A DNA stretch of 64,000 nt from the human T2T-CHM13v2.0 reference genome, Homo sapiens: assembly GCF_009914755.1 (NCBI RefSeq), contig NC_060927.1; one strand, written 5' to 3'. Positions within the stretch are counted from its first letter, which is position 1, and each line of letters opens with the position of its first letter. Below the pieces are notes generated by a model. The model ran no database searches. It was given only the letters and a program-made list of their open reading frames with translations, and was not told the DNA's origin. Below are positions 12,383-26,025 of this stretch, piece after piece. The translations under genes were made by a program, and so were the position numbers.

Positions 12383-15300
12383 GTTCTTCAGCAATATTTT
12401 GGGAAGTGAAAGGCAGGTTCTCTTTATCTAAGCAACAAATAAGACATTAAATACATATGATGTTTTCTTTTTCTTTAATATAGAACAAATAATGATTTTT
12501 ATATTAAAAGGTAAGATATTTTTTCACTTACCAATTAGAACAACGGCAACACAGGTTTTTCACTAATGCCAATAGACATCCAATTATTCATGTTCTCCTA
12601 CTGCCATGTATCAATTTTAGATTAGTATTGCATTATCATTTGATGACACTCTTCTTCAAATAGTGATAGTAACTTTAATTTCATTCTATGATGATATTGG
12701 GATTTCATATAATAGAGAATTTTCAGTTACCCATAAATTCAAAATACATAGTATAGTTAAAATTTAATTAGACTGTAGCCTGAGGTATATAAATAATAAG
12801 GCCATTTAATTCAAATAATATGATACTATCTTATTTTCTTTATAAATGAGGTAAAGTTGTGGCCCAAATGAAAATAAAATGGTATCTAATTAAATTGTTT
12901 TAGATACAAAGGACATTTTCTATTATCATTGAAGAATTCGTATCTAAGCCTAAGAAATGAATACTCAAATAAAAAAATTTAAAATTAGAAATCAGAAAGG
13001 CTCTTTTTACCCCCATTTGATAAATTTATCATCTCACCCAAGCATCAAATATTTATCACTAGAGGATGCTACCTCAGATTCAGGACTGTTATCATTTCTC
13101 AGGGAAGAGTCACAACTCCTGAAGAGTTACTGCTTAGGTTAACAATAGTTTGTTTCATGGAACATCAATTTCTAAGCTTTTGAAAGAGCAATTTCACAAG
13201 CCTGCATGAGAAGGCATGAATATTGGCCCCCTTACAGGAACTAGGACCATGTGAGCAGGTATGGTGCCCAGAGGAAACTGTGATTTATCATGCTACTGTC
13301 AATAAACTACAGAAAGAGTTTGGGCCAAACAAATAGGAAGCCATGGTGGAGGGCTACGGTGCAAAGAAGCCAAGCAGCAGGGGAGCCAAACGTGTGCTGG
13401 GCTAATTTAATTTTTTAAAGCTGTAACTCAGCCCACACCTTAGGGACACAATTTCTCTCTGGCAACATTTTCTGTGAAGCTAAAACAGCTGCTTCACCTA
13501 TCTCAAATCAGATACTGTGCTGTTTCAAGCAAATGTTTACCAAAAATAACAATTCTTAGGCATGCTTTTCCAGAAAATTTAGTTTGAACAAAATAGATTA
13601 TCATGCCTTTAAAGTAAGGGTTGATATAAATAATATTTGCTAATAAAATTTTAATTTTGGCATTTCTAGTAACCTATAGAAAAAGTATGCAAATTACTAA
13701 AATGCAATGTAATAATATACAACCACATATTTTCATAATATATTTTCAAAATGATATGTCATGAAGGGCAACAGATTTAAGGAATACAAATCTCATAATT
13801 CTGAACATTTTTAACTTTTTATAAGTAGAGAAAATTTCTCAAGTATTTAAAACAGTGATTTATTAATGTTAATTTAATTATCATTATATTTTATCTAACT
13901 CTCATTCATTAAATAAAAATACAATTTCACAGGAATACTAGTCGTAAAATGTGTATTTTCTATTTTCTATTTTCTTTTGGATTTTTTAGCACATTGATTG
14001 AAATTGAAGAAACTGCTAACAAATTAGCATTATTTGAAAAGAAACTTTCCCTTTAATACATTGAAACCACATTTGTTTTCCATTCACTACAGGTTGTAGA
14101 ATTCAGTATTTTCAACATGGTAGCTGGAGTAGCATTTGTTTTGTTTCTCAACTTTAAGTGCCATATCCTTCATAATCTGAAGTTTTAATCTCACAGATAG
14201 AGAATGAACACATTAACAGGATAAAGCATCTATTACTTATTGTATTTCTATATGTGTCAGCTGGAATCAAAATTACTGAAGCACAAAGCAAATTCAACAG
14301 CACAATGTTAGGTGACTCTTACATGCCTCAGGAATAGAGAAAGTCTACAAGACCTCTGTAGTGAAGGTCAGAATGTAAAGAAACCTATATCCAGGTCCAG
14401 GAGGTGCATAAAAAAATGCGAGAAGGCAATTTTTCTAGCTTCTGGCTAAATTCAGTGAGATGTCACAGTCCAGATGAATCAAGTTTCAGCAAGCAGGATG
14501 AATGTCAAATGGCTTATGCCAAAGACCAGCTTGTTCTTGGAGGATGCCTAGGGCCATTTTGTTCAGAGATTTCATGGAGGAAACAGTCTGCAATTGTAAC
14601 TCTGAAAAGCCCGCTAAAAATCATTTTAAAAAATATTTCAGACACATTGAATTATAGGAAATGACTCACTAGGCCTGCAGCATCCTGAAAAACTTTTTTT
14701 TGTTGTTAGTCGAAAATTGTTTCAAGAGTAGAATGACTAAGAATAAGTGCATGTAGCATTCCGAGCCAAAGTTAGCAGATGTTCTCTTATCTTAAATGCT
14801 ACATGAACACCAAGACAAACAGAATAAAGCATTTGGACTTCAGAAAATTCAGAGCTGGGTTGAAATAGAAATATAGAGAGTCCAGTTTTAAAGTTTTGAA
14901 TATACCTCTCTTTTGAATAATGATATAACTGACAGTTATGTGCCTAGTCAGTCATAGCCGTAGATATGTGGGGAGTTATCATAGCACCTCTGGTCCTGCC
15001 ATGATGACTTCTACAGTTTCAAACACCAGTGACATAGCTAACACACTAGTGTCATGCTTGCAATGCTCATATTACCCAACATTAGCCACACCGATGTTCC
15101 ATCTGTCAGAGACATATCTGACACCAAAATAGCAAATGATGCTGTATTAGCATGAATTAAGAGAACAACAATTAAAGCCCCATCTATTTATTAAAAAAAA
15201 TTGTCTAGACCTTGGCAAAATCTTGCTATACAAATAAATATTTTTGTTGGTGAGTTGTGTAAAAATATTACATCAAATTCTACTTAAAGCCTTTTAGAAC

Positions 15301-16239
15301 AAAATATACTTTAGCAAATAAGATGTTGCTCTACAATACATTCTTTAAATGAAAATGTAAATAACTTTTAATTTTATTTAATGGAGAATTTCAAATGCAC
15401 TTATATAGTAGGAAGAAAAATGGTGACTGTAGATGCAAAAATTAGTTACACATTATGTAAACACAGGATATATACATCAAACATTCCACTAAAAATAGCA
15501 AGAAATTGGAATTCCTTTGGGGCATAAAATATAATATTCCAATGGAAAATTAAACAGCTTAAGTGAGCATAAAAATAACTTGCACCAAAACTGATTTCCC
15601 TAACACACACAATTATAACTTCCATTTTCTCCTGTTACCAAATTATTAATGTAAGAAAACACTGAAGGAAACCACAGTTCACAGGTGAATTAATGAGGTA
15701 AATGGAGATGGGAGGAAGTCAGATTTCTATGTGTACACAATTTAATAAACAATTTTTTGCCACGTTTTTATTAATAGCATATATAAAGGAAGGGTTCTGA
15801 TTTATAAATACTGTTACAAATTATCTACATATTTAGTTGCTATGTAATGTGACTGAAATGTCATTCCGTGGTAAGGTAAGTGGGAAAAGTTAACCTCTTC
15901 AACGATAACAGGATTTTATATGGCTTTCATTCCACTGAAAGTTTGTTTTATAATTTCCACTTTTCAGAATATAGGAACTTATGTTATTACTCTTGTCACC
16001 GTTATTAAAATTATTTGATAAATTTAACACAAAACATAAAATTAGGCTTCCAAGATTAATAATATTTGATTACCATGTGAGGATATTTATAGATTTCTCA
16101 CCAAACCAGTTAGCTTTATATTTAATCTTCATGATTTCAAGTTTCATAAATAAGATACACCATGATATTAATACAATGTACATTTATTAAACATATATTA
16201 ACTGCAAAGGAATAGCCTAATTTTTTTGTATTATTCAGT

Positions 16240-16400
16240 TTAGCTTAATTCCCACAGCAATCCCTTGAGATTAGTACTATTATTAGTTTAATTTGGATAT
16301 GGGGATCTCAGTGACAAAATCCCCAAAATATTCTAGTGTCATGCAGCAGTGAAGCAGCAAGGCTGAGTTCCAGCCCCTGGATGCAGAGCATATGCTTTCT
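16240..16400 (-). mobile_element. Degenerate MIR
   Basis: TTAATTCCCACAGCAATCCCTTGAGATTAGTACTATTATT. Confidence 0.5.
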
Positions 16401-16799
16401 CTCTTAATGAGTACATATCTTTTACTTGTTAGTTATTAAATACTGCCATAGATATAATCTAATAAATCACATTTATACTGGGATTATTCCCACTCAGCCA
16501 ATAGCCCACCTACAGATTCCTACTTCCTGCACTCATGGGAAATGCACCAAGATTTGGATTCACTAAAATCCAGCAGAATTTTGTATTAATAATTCTTAAA
16601 TCATGTCATTCGGTAGTGAGCTTAGGCTCAAGTAGGAGTCGCAGGCATATGCGATACAAGTCTGTTTCCACACTGTTCTTCAGTTTGTTAATAATTTAAA
16701 TAAATTTTAAACTTAAATGTTATAACCTATGTGTACTTTTTAACACTCATCTTGCATGAGTTGTCTTTTCATAACTGAAAAATAAATTGAAATTCTAAT

Positions 16800-17280
16800 T
16801 TTAGCAAACAACATGTTAACTACTATAGTGGATCTTTTATTCACTGTAAATTAAGTAACCACACTTTTTTTATATTCTGCCAAGTCATTAACAAAGATCC
16901 TAAATGGTATAAAATCAATAATGAAATCCAGTGCCACAAACTCATGATCCTCTCTGCAGGTTCATAACAATCAATGTATTAACACTAGATACAATAATTT
17001 GATCAACAACTACTACTCATAAATTTTCTATCACATGTCCCCTTAGAATAAAATACTATTATGAAATGCTTAATCTAATTAACATGTAAACAAAATAAAG
17101 TCATGTTGACATTTTGTGAACTTAGATGTGCTATTCAGCTTCTTAATGTTATCATTTTCCTTCCAAAATGTTACCACGTAACCTATTATATTAGCTGTTC
17201 TAAAATTTTCTTAGCAGTAAACACATAGATGATAAATCTGGAGGTTTCAGAATCCACCTTTTAACCTTTTTGCGTACCAT
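16800..17280 (-). mobile_element. L3/CR1 LINE RT fragment
   Basis: CCAAGTCATTAACAAAGATCCTAAA...CCTCTCTGCAGGTT...GTTCTAAAATTTTC...GTTTCAGAATCCACCTTTT resemble antisense L3. Confidence 0.6.
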
Positions 17281-18099
17281 ATAGCATCTGTTGTGGTTAG
17301 CCAATTTTCTTCAACCTAAGCATACTTAAGTCATGTAGCATTCTGTGGTCACTTTTAATTAACATCACAGAAAAATAGTAACAGAAAACATCTCATTCAA
17401 TAGGAATGACTCAAGAAATCTTTCCAATATTTTATTTGGATTGTAGGCGGAGAGAATTAAACATCTTTATCCAGGTCTTTATACAAATGAACAAACATAA
17501 CTGCACAAGCTATCATCTTTCCCCACTTGTTAGAAATTATACAAATTTAAAATGGTTGGGTAAGAAAACACAAATAATATATTCAGCACAGCAAGTTGAC
17601 AAATATAATTTAGATTTCATATTTCAGGTAGCTTTGGCAAAACCAAATTGGACAGAATTACTTTTGAACTGAAATTGTGCAGAAGCTATGGAGAAAGATG
17701 AGAGAAAAAAAAGCCAATATCAAGAAAGATCAGCCATAAACGTTCCCAGAAAGGAACAACCAAAATACTTGTGAAAAGGAGCAAGGACTATCATGAAGTA
17801 CAAAACTAGCTTTCATCTGCAAAAACACTTTCTGGAACAAAGGTTGAGAAGGTTGATGATTGAAGTCCTCTGGAATCATTTTCAATCAAAGAAGCAGAGG
17901 TAGCTAAGTCTACACAAACAAACCAACAGGAAAACACTGTTTGCAGAAGCAAGTCTATCTCTGTTAAAGTATAGATGGAGAATATCTAAAGTTCAACCAT
18001 GTCTCCTCACTCCAAAGATCCTTCTAAAAATACTTGACCATGAACTCTCACTCCATTTGAAGGGCACAAAAATAACACAGAACTGGTAGAAAATTAATA

Positions 18100-19000
18100 A
18101 TAAGGATAATAAATCATGTTGAAAATAAAGGCAAATTTAAAAACTGGTGAAAATATTTATCAGAAAAATATTTGCACAGGTTTAGTAAGAAATCGTGCCT
18201 CACATACTGAATGAGGTTTTACTTCTATGTAGGAAGGACACATGGTGGAAATCGAAGAGTACAGGAAGAAATACAAAAAAAATAAAACGAGATGTGTCGT
18301 TAACTGGAAGATTCAGGAACGTAGTAGGAAAAAAATCATGAAAATAAAGACAATTTTAGAAAGTCATTGGGGGAAATTAGCAACGGTAGAAAACAAAGCA
18401 TGTAGCAGGAGCAAGGATAGAACAAGTAATACAAGCAAAATGAAATGGAAGCTAAAAAGGAGTTAATAAAATTCAAGATCCAAAAGAAGAATATCAAATC
18501 AAAGAAAATATTTGAAGATGTAATGCAAAAACCTTTCTAGAACCTACGAGGCTGAAATGCTGATGATAGTAAATATCTGATTTATGATTAAGTAAAATGA
18601 AAGAAGGATTAAGATTTATCTAAACTGTGAAATATTTTTACAAAATTAATAGGATTTAAATACAAAGAAAAAAATGGGGGAAAGGAAAACCATCATGCAA
18701 AACATTGAGCTTCAGAATACTGGAAACGCTGTCATAAAATTTCAAGGAAATAAAATCTACTGGACAATATTTTACACAGTCATATTAAACTTTAATTATT
18801 AAAAGTTATATAAAAGAGTTTTTAAAAAGAAAAACTCAGAAAATAATGTCTGTGGGCCCTTTTATAGAAATTACTAAAAGATAAACTTTAACAAAATTAG
18901 AAGCTTTGAGAAAATTATAATAAATGATTGATATACAATATTGAATGTATAACCATAGAATTAAGAAAAAAAAACAACAAATGTGAGGTGTAGAATGCAA
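18100..19000 (+). mobile_element. Highly degenerate HAL1 / L1M ORF1-like remnant
   Basis: A-rich, with AATATTTGAAGATGTAATGCAAAAACCTTTC and AAAACTCAGAAAATAATG...GAAATTACTAAAAGATAAACTT motifs. Confidence 0.45.
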
Positions 19001-19682
19001 GAAGACAGCCTAAATATTTCAGACCTACAATATAAAAATAATACCCATAAGAAAAACAGTAGCTTACACTTTAATGAAGTTTAAAGATTAAAAAAATGCT
19101 GATTATATACTTCTATATAATAGACGTCTACAGGAATATTCTTTTTAGCTAAAAAAAACCTAGCAAAAATTTTGATAGTATAAATGAATTGAAAAATTAA
19201 TAGAGTTAACTATTCTTATTTGATAGAGGATTTAGCTGTGAGAAGAAGAGGAACACATTACTGTTTTTTTCCATTTTCTCTTTGGTTGTCTTACTTTTGT
19301 GAAGAAAATAATAGATATTATATAAATAAATAGATTAGTAAGGATATTTATATATAAAGTAATTTTTATAAAAGATAAATAGTAGAAAATGGAAATTTTT
19401 CTAATATGAAACAACTATACACAAAATTTTAAAGAAAATTTGTCACACTGAAGTTTTTTTAATATTAAAATAGGAAAAATATAATGTTAAATAAATTGAA
19501 AAATAAAATCCAAACATATCACATAACTATATTAGTCATGCATGAATCACATAAAACAGCAAAAATTAACAACAAAAGAAGATACGGAAATACAATAAGA
19601 ATACAATATCTTTTTATTATCACCTTTACTGAGATATAACTGACATGCTATTCAATTGACCTATTTAGAATGTACAGTTTCA

Positions 19683-19770
19683 GGCAGGCACAGTGGGTCA
19701 CTTCTGTAATCCCAGTGACGAAGGCTGAGATTGGAGGATTGCTTCAGGCCAGGAGTTTAAGACCAGCTTT
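19683..19770 (+). mobile_element. Alu left monomer / FLAM fragment
   Basis: GGCAGGCACAGTGGGTCACTTCTGTAATCCCAG...AGGAGTTTAAGACCAGC. Confidence 0.8.
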
Positions 19771-19789
19771 AGCTGCTCTCTCTATATGA

Positions 19790-21030
19790 ACATGATCATT
19801 ATATATTCAATACCACATGCCGTGATAAATTGCAAATGTGTTGAAAGATTTAAATTTAAAAACAAAACTATCCAAAAATACGTAAAAGATTGGGACGTTT
19901 CTTTGAAGAAATGAATAAAGAAAATAATTTTTAATTATTATTTAAATACAAAATTGAATATAATGTAATAACAGATTGGTGAATTGACTTGTTAAAAAGA
20001 AACTTCCTATATTAAAACATATATGCATGCAAGTACACACACATTCACAGTTACACATGCCCCTTAATCAGTCAGAATATAAAAGACAAACCAGGAAATT
20101 AATATTGTATCTCCCACTTCAGATTAAGAGCCATACTTCCAAATATGTAAAGAATCCCCAAAACCAAAACTCAACAAAAAATGAGAATGTATATAAACAA
20201 TTTATTTAAAAGGAAAAATAAATCATATATAAACAAAGAATTTATTTAAAAGGAAAAATAAATCAAATATGATCATTTAAATGCATGAAAAGATGCTTAA
20301 CCTCACTCATAAAAAAGCACATTTTCATCTGTCTGGTTGGTAAGTGTGAGTACCTTTGTAAACACTTTCTCTTGCAAAGCTGTGGAGAAGGAGCAACTCT
20401 CAGTTTTGCTCATAGATGTTATAATCTAGTGCAAATCCTATGGGAAGCATTGTAGCAATATTTCATATAAACTTTGACCTACCAACTCCACTCTGGGTCT
20501 TTATTCAAATGGCATATTTGCAGATATATAGAGAAATATGTTTATAGTAGTATTTTACATTAGTGATTTTAAAGCTAATGATTATAGATAGTCTAAATAT
20601 TAATTAAGATTTAAACAATACCTCCATATACAAATACGATGCAGCTGAGGAAGATTTTTATACTGTTATGGAATGCTCTCTAAGATGCATCTTTACAGTA
20701 AAAATGTATAGGGTAGAACAGTGTGCATGGTAATTTTTTTAATGGAAGGAAAGTAGAAAAATATGTCTGCATTTATTTAAACATGCATGAAAACTGTGCA
20801 GGGTAGAACAGTGTGCATGGTAACTTTTTTAATAGAAGGAAAGTAGAAAAATATGTTTGCATTTAATTAAACATGCATGAAAACTGCTGATACACTAGAA
20901 ATGTAAAAGTATTTTCTCATGCATGGTAGCATGGCAATAGCAATCAGGATCGGGAGGCATATTTTTATTATATCTTTTTATGTTCTCAGATTTCTAAGCT
21001 TTAGGAATATATTGCCTACTTAAAAAACTA
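19790..21030 (+). mobile_element. L1ME-type ORF2 end and 3' UTR remnant
   Basis: AAAGATTTAAATTTAAAAACAAAACTAT; CATGAAAAGATGCTTAACCTCACTCAT; TTTGACCTACCAACTCCACTCTGGG. Confidence 0.65.
20705..20886. repeat. 90-bp tandem duplication
   Basis: GGGTAGAACAGTGTGCATGG at 20711 and 20801; copies stay in register to 20886 with about 4-6 mismatches. Confidence 0.95.
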
Positions 21031-21165
21031 AAGTATGTTCATGGTTCAAATTGGAGTAATCTGTATCTGTATATCATCCTCCAGTCTGCTGCTGTTCTTT
21101 GCTCCCAGGAAGGACACAATTATCTTTTTATTTCCCAAGGCTCTACTAAGAAAGACAAATACAAG

Positions 21166-21636
21166 TGTTAAAAGAAAAATATTACAACAAATTTAGTTTA
21201 AAAATCTAATTGGCTTTTATTTGTGATTCTAGAATTTGGCAGCATTTCATTCTATAAAATATTATGAGTGCTCCCTTGGGCTTGGCAAAACAGGTGGCTT
21301 TTGCAAGGTGAAAATGAGAAAACGTAATTTTTTTTAAGAGTCAGGTTGATGAACAGTCAGTTGCTTTTGTTGTAGGAGTTAAAGTAGAGGGGACTTCTTT
21401 GCTACAGTGAGTCAGGTTGACTGGGCCCTTTCCAATTGGTCGAGGTGGATTTCCTGTTTTCAGAAAAAAAAACAAAAAACAAAAAACTGGTCTGTTTGTA
21501 AATTTACCTGCCTCTTTAAAGTTTCAGTTTGATTATGAGGCACCTAGCATAAGGGATTCTATTTTAGTTTGGTCTGTTGGGGCGTAGTACTGGAGTTCAG
21601 TCCAAATCAATGGTCTCCCATGCATTTTATTTAACG
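21166..21636 (-). mobile_element. MER67-like (ERV1) solo LTR
   Basis: TGTTAAAAG start; GGAGTTCAGTCCAAATCAATGGTCTCCCATGCATTTTATTTAAC end; near-TSD CAAG/TAAG. Confidence 0.75.
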
Positions 21637-22914
21637 TAAGTAAGGATTTTGTTTAACTAAAGGTTTAATAGATATGGGAGGAGATAAGGAAGATAGAGGA
21701 CATTGGTCATGGTGAGGAAGAGGTACAGTGTGCCTTAAAAGGAGGTAAAAGTGGCATATATATTTAAAAAATAGAAAAGTAGTATTAGATTCTTAAAATT
21801 AGACTATTAGATTAAACAACCTTAGTATTCGTTTTGGTTTTCTTTAACAGCTTGTACTTTCTGTTTCTTTCTTGTGTTGCAGGACTGATTCCTTATCCAA
21901 CATCACTTTCTGGACTACCTAGAATCCAACTATCATGTGTAAGTCTGATAATCTTGTGCCCACCAAAAATACCTTTTTACGTTTTTATGCAAAGCAGCCC
22001 AGGTCCCTTTTATCTTAAACGTTTTATTACAGACAATGCCTTTCCTTTAATAACCAAAAGGTGATTAATGCATTGTACTAAACAAAAGACTAATTTACCT
22101 TTAGTCTCTACCTGTAGAAACAGAAAAAAAAACTGACAAAAGCTTGGAAATAACAGGTTTCCTGTAATTTCTTCCAACACATTGTTTTAGTGCTATGGAT
22201 TTATTTAGATGACTTACCATATTATACTTTAATAATCTCCTGCCTAGCTTTTCCTTTTTAAAAACATTTTAAAAGAAATTCTAGCCAATGAAATATGCAT
22301 ACTTTCTGAACTTTTGTTAAAATTTTCTTTTATGATGTTAACACAGGGGAAGCAATTTCCTCATTTTACAAGCAACGATAGTTCAGATGCTTTCTGCTAA
22401 TGTTAATGTATTGTTAATGCATACTTATTATATATCCACAATATGGCCTATTTACTAATTGCATTACCTGGCAGAAGCTATTTAATATTTCAGTTTCTGT
22501 CTTCTTCACCACAAAATGAAGAAAATAATTCAACAGTTGTTATGGGGAGTAAATGTTACCTTACTTGTTCTGACAGCTTTCACCAAGATGTCATCTTGTG
22601 GGCTAGTCCGTTGGACCTACTTGACCAATCAGACACTATCCTAATCTCCATAATGTGATACCTCCTGAGAGGCAGCCATTTGACACAGACACTTTTCTCA
22701 GTTTGCTCAGGCTCCAACGCCATGATCTGCTATGCAACTCTCTCCACAGTCTCCATCATGGATACCTGCCTTTTATTCCAACACCTAATGTTTTAGTATT
22801 AAATCATTCCATATGATAAGAGTAGAGAGGTGAAAGAGGAAGACTCATTCAACGGAAGTTGATCTGCTGTGTTTTCACAATTATTCCATACATAACATTT
22901 TCTAATATCTTTGT

Positions 22915-24470
22915 TACTTCTTTTTTTGACTCAGTTACATAGAAATATTTTTCTTAATTTCCAAATATATGAGTATATTCCTTATAATTTTGCTATTGAT
23001 CTTTAATCTCATTCCATTGATTTTAAAGATTGTTCTCTTTAAGACTGCAATACATTGAATTTGTTAGGCCTTTCTATTGCCTATCATATGGTCACATTTG
23101 GTGAATTTTCAATGTGCTCTTGAGGGAAAAAAAAAGTGTATTCTAGAGTTGATTCGTTTAATGCAGTATAAATAATATTATGTTATGTTATTTTAATTTT
23201 TCTGAATACTTAGTGATTTTTAAAAAACCATCCATACCGATTTCCAAGAAGGAGTATTAAAACCTCCACTAGTAATTGTGGATGTGCCTATATCTGTTTT
23301 TAGTTGTCTCCAATTTTGAATTTTTTATCTTTAGTATGGAAAAATAAGCATTTTTATTTCTTGTAAAAATTAATTATTTATTATAAAATATCCGTTTTTA
23401 TTAATGGCAAATATCTTTGTCTTGATGCCTACTTTATCTGATATTCAAAAAAACCAGCCTGGCTTCTTTATGCTTACTATTTCAAAATATATCTTTTCTA
23501 CCCTTTTACTTTCATCCTCCCAGTGTCTTCATATTTAAAGAAATTAAAAAATAGGAAATGTATATGTATATACATATAATACATATTTCCACTTATAGTG
23601 AACATTTGTTAACATTTTCAGTGCTTTGTTTCATTATTGTGTTTGTTTCTGTTGACTATATTTTTCTTTTGGTTATATGTCTCATTTATCTTCTTTTTTC
23701 CGTATCTCAATTTTGTTTGTCTATGCTGGCATTGGAGGTTCTAAATTGTTGAGAGTCTGGATTTAATTTTATTTCTTTAGAGAGTTTTGAAATTTGTTCT
23801 AGAAGACAATTAATTTAGTGGTGAATTAGCTCTGTCTTGTGAAGGCTTATGTTTAGCTCTGACACTGCTGGTCTAAAGCACTGCACTTAAAACGAGACCT
23901 TCCTGGGACCACAATTGATTGTCTAGATAATGAGTGAGGTTGTTGTTCTCTAGCTGATTTTAGGTATAATGTCTCTGATCACCGTGAGACTCTAGAGTTT
24001 TTACATACCTCACAACCTTTTAGTAGGCTGTTCGCCGAGCTGATATCTGTTATCTCCCATACTTTATGGAGTTTCACATTGAATATTTTCAATTTAATAA
24101 TGGACCAAAGAGTCAAAAAGACCTATTCAAACTTTTGGAGCTTCTTTTTTTCATAGTTATCTCATCTCTGGTACTCTGCCCTGCAAATTCCAGCTACATC
24201 AGCAAACCAGAATGCAGCTCTCTTTTATGTTGTTCTGTTTTAAACGTATTTCTCTGTACTGAAGTTTAGAAAACGACTCCATGTGGACAACCAGGGTAAT
24301 TGTGGCACTCACCTAAAACGTTTCTCTTATTTCAACGATAGTGCTTTTATGATCTTTGTTGTGTAATGTACAAAAAAAAAGTTTAATGTCATCTACCATG
24401 TTTTATAAATGTATGCGATGTGAGAGTGAGGACGACACCCTCTACTCTGTCCTTGCTGGAATTGGAAGTC
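22915..24470 (-). mobile_element. Old L1M/L1ME 5' portion (endonuclease region to 5' UTR), fragmented
   Basis: TATCATATGGTCACATTTGGTGAATTTTCAATGTGCTCTTGAG (antisense EN region); terminal CTACTCTGTCCTTGCTGGAATTGGAAGTC resembles an L1ME 5' end. Confidence 0.65.
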
Positions 24471-24489
24471 AACCATTAAGTCTTAATTA

Positions 24490-24860
24490 AGCCTTTCTCT
24501 TCAGCTTTCTTGTCTTCCCTCCTTATATTATCTCTCTATGCGATGTCATTCTTCAATAAATCACATCTCAATCTAACTTCAGTCTTAATTAGAGCCTTGA
24601 GTTATCGAACCCTATATCTAGGTTTTTACTGAAAATTTCCACTTGCATTGTCTACCAGAAAATCAAACATAACATGTTGATTCCAAAATTATTGCCTTTT
24701 CCACTGATTTCATTGTCCTACTTCAGTTCATTTTATTATTGACTTCTCCTTCAATCCAACTAAAATCTCTGAGATCAAAATATAATCCATCTCTCATAGT
24801 CCCTGATGACAACACATTTTCAAGTATTATTAATTTTTTTCTTTGTGATATATTTCACAT
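24490..24860 (+). mobile_element. L2 fragment
   Basis: TACTGAAAATTTCCACTTGCATTGTCTACCAG...TCAAACATAACATGT. Confidence 0.5.
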
Positions 24861-25657
24861 CTGCTATTATAGTTGTTAGGAGACTTTAATTATATGTAAC
24901 AAACACACTGACACTAATGTGGTGGAAATTTCCTCAAAGTTATATGTTGTTTAATGTAATAAAATACAAGGAATGCATTCATAGTTAGAAAATGGGGTAA
25001 AATATTGAAGGAGAATGTAGTCCAAACCCTTTACTTTCACATGCACATACACAGACACACACAAACACACACACATGCACAGACACATAAATATATGTAC
25101 ACACATACATATTTACTCTTCTTTGATTATCTGCTTCATTTCTTTTACTGCACGTGATCTTTCTTTACTCCACTCTTCAAGTGGAATAAAATGGCCATCC
25201 AGAAAACCAAAGTTTACACAGCAACATTAAAAGGACAGAACTATAAACAAATGTGTTAGCCCAAGTCTAAGTTCATAAGAAAGAATGCCATTAACCTAGA
25301 TTATATAGTATTATCTCTACAGGTAAAGGTCTGGAAGAATGCCAATATTGCTCGGATTGGCTACCAAAAGTCATCTTTGTACATGCATAGCAGTGTTGGG
25401 TAGGATATTATATTGTAATAGGCAGAAAATTAATAGGTATTTATGACTTTTTACCTCCTAAATGCTCACAATATACGTATAAACGTTTTCCATATTGTCA
25501 AATAAATCTTCAACCAATTTTCTCATATAGAAGAAACTTCCATTTTAAAACTTCTTGCAATCTATCAAGTGTTATAGTTCCTGAGATCAAAACTGATTAA
25601 AAAAAAAACAAAGCTGAAGTTGAGTAAATTTTCGAATGAAACGCCAGACATTCATTA

Positions 25658-26025
25658 CAGGCATACTGTGGCAATAGTGTCAATATTGTAGTTTCAGTGC
25701 CAGACCACTGCAGTAAAGCGAATATGGAAATAAAATGAGTCAGACAAATATTTTTTATTTCCCAGTGCATATGAAAGTCATGTTTACACTATACTGTGGT
25801 TTATTAAGTGTGCAGTAACATGATATCTTAAAAAGTGTACATTTTAATAAAAAATACTTCATTGGTAAAAGATGCTGACATAGAGACACAAAATGAGCCC
25901 AAGCTGTGTAAAAATAATGCCAATATACTTGTTCAATGCAGGATTGCCATAAACCTTCAATTTGTAAAAAGCACAATGTCAGCAAAATGCAATAACGTGA
26001 ACCACTGTAGAGTGAGGTATGCCTA
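25658..26025 (-). mobile_element. Tigger1 internal-deletion derivative retaining both termini
   Basis: TA + CAGGCATAC left TIR and GAGGTATGCCTA right TIR; both Tigger1 end regions (CCCAGTGCATAT..., GCCATAAACCTTCAATTTGTAAAAA) joined at about 25875. Confidence 0.85.
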
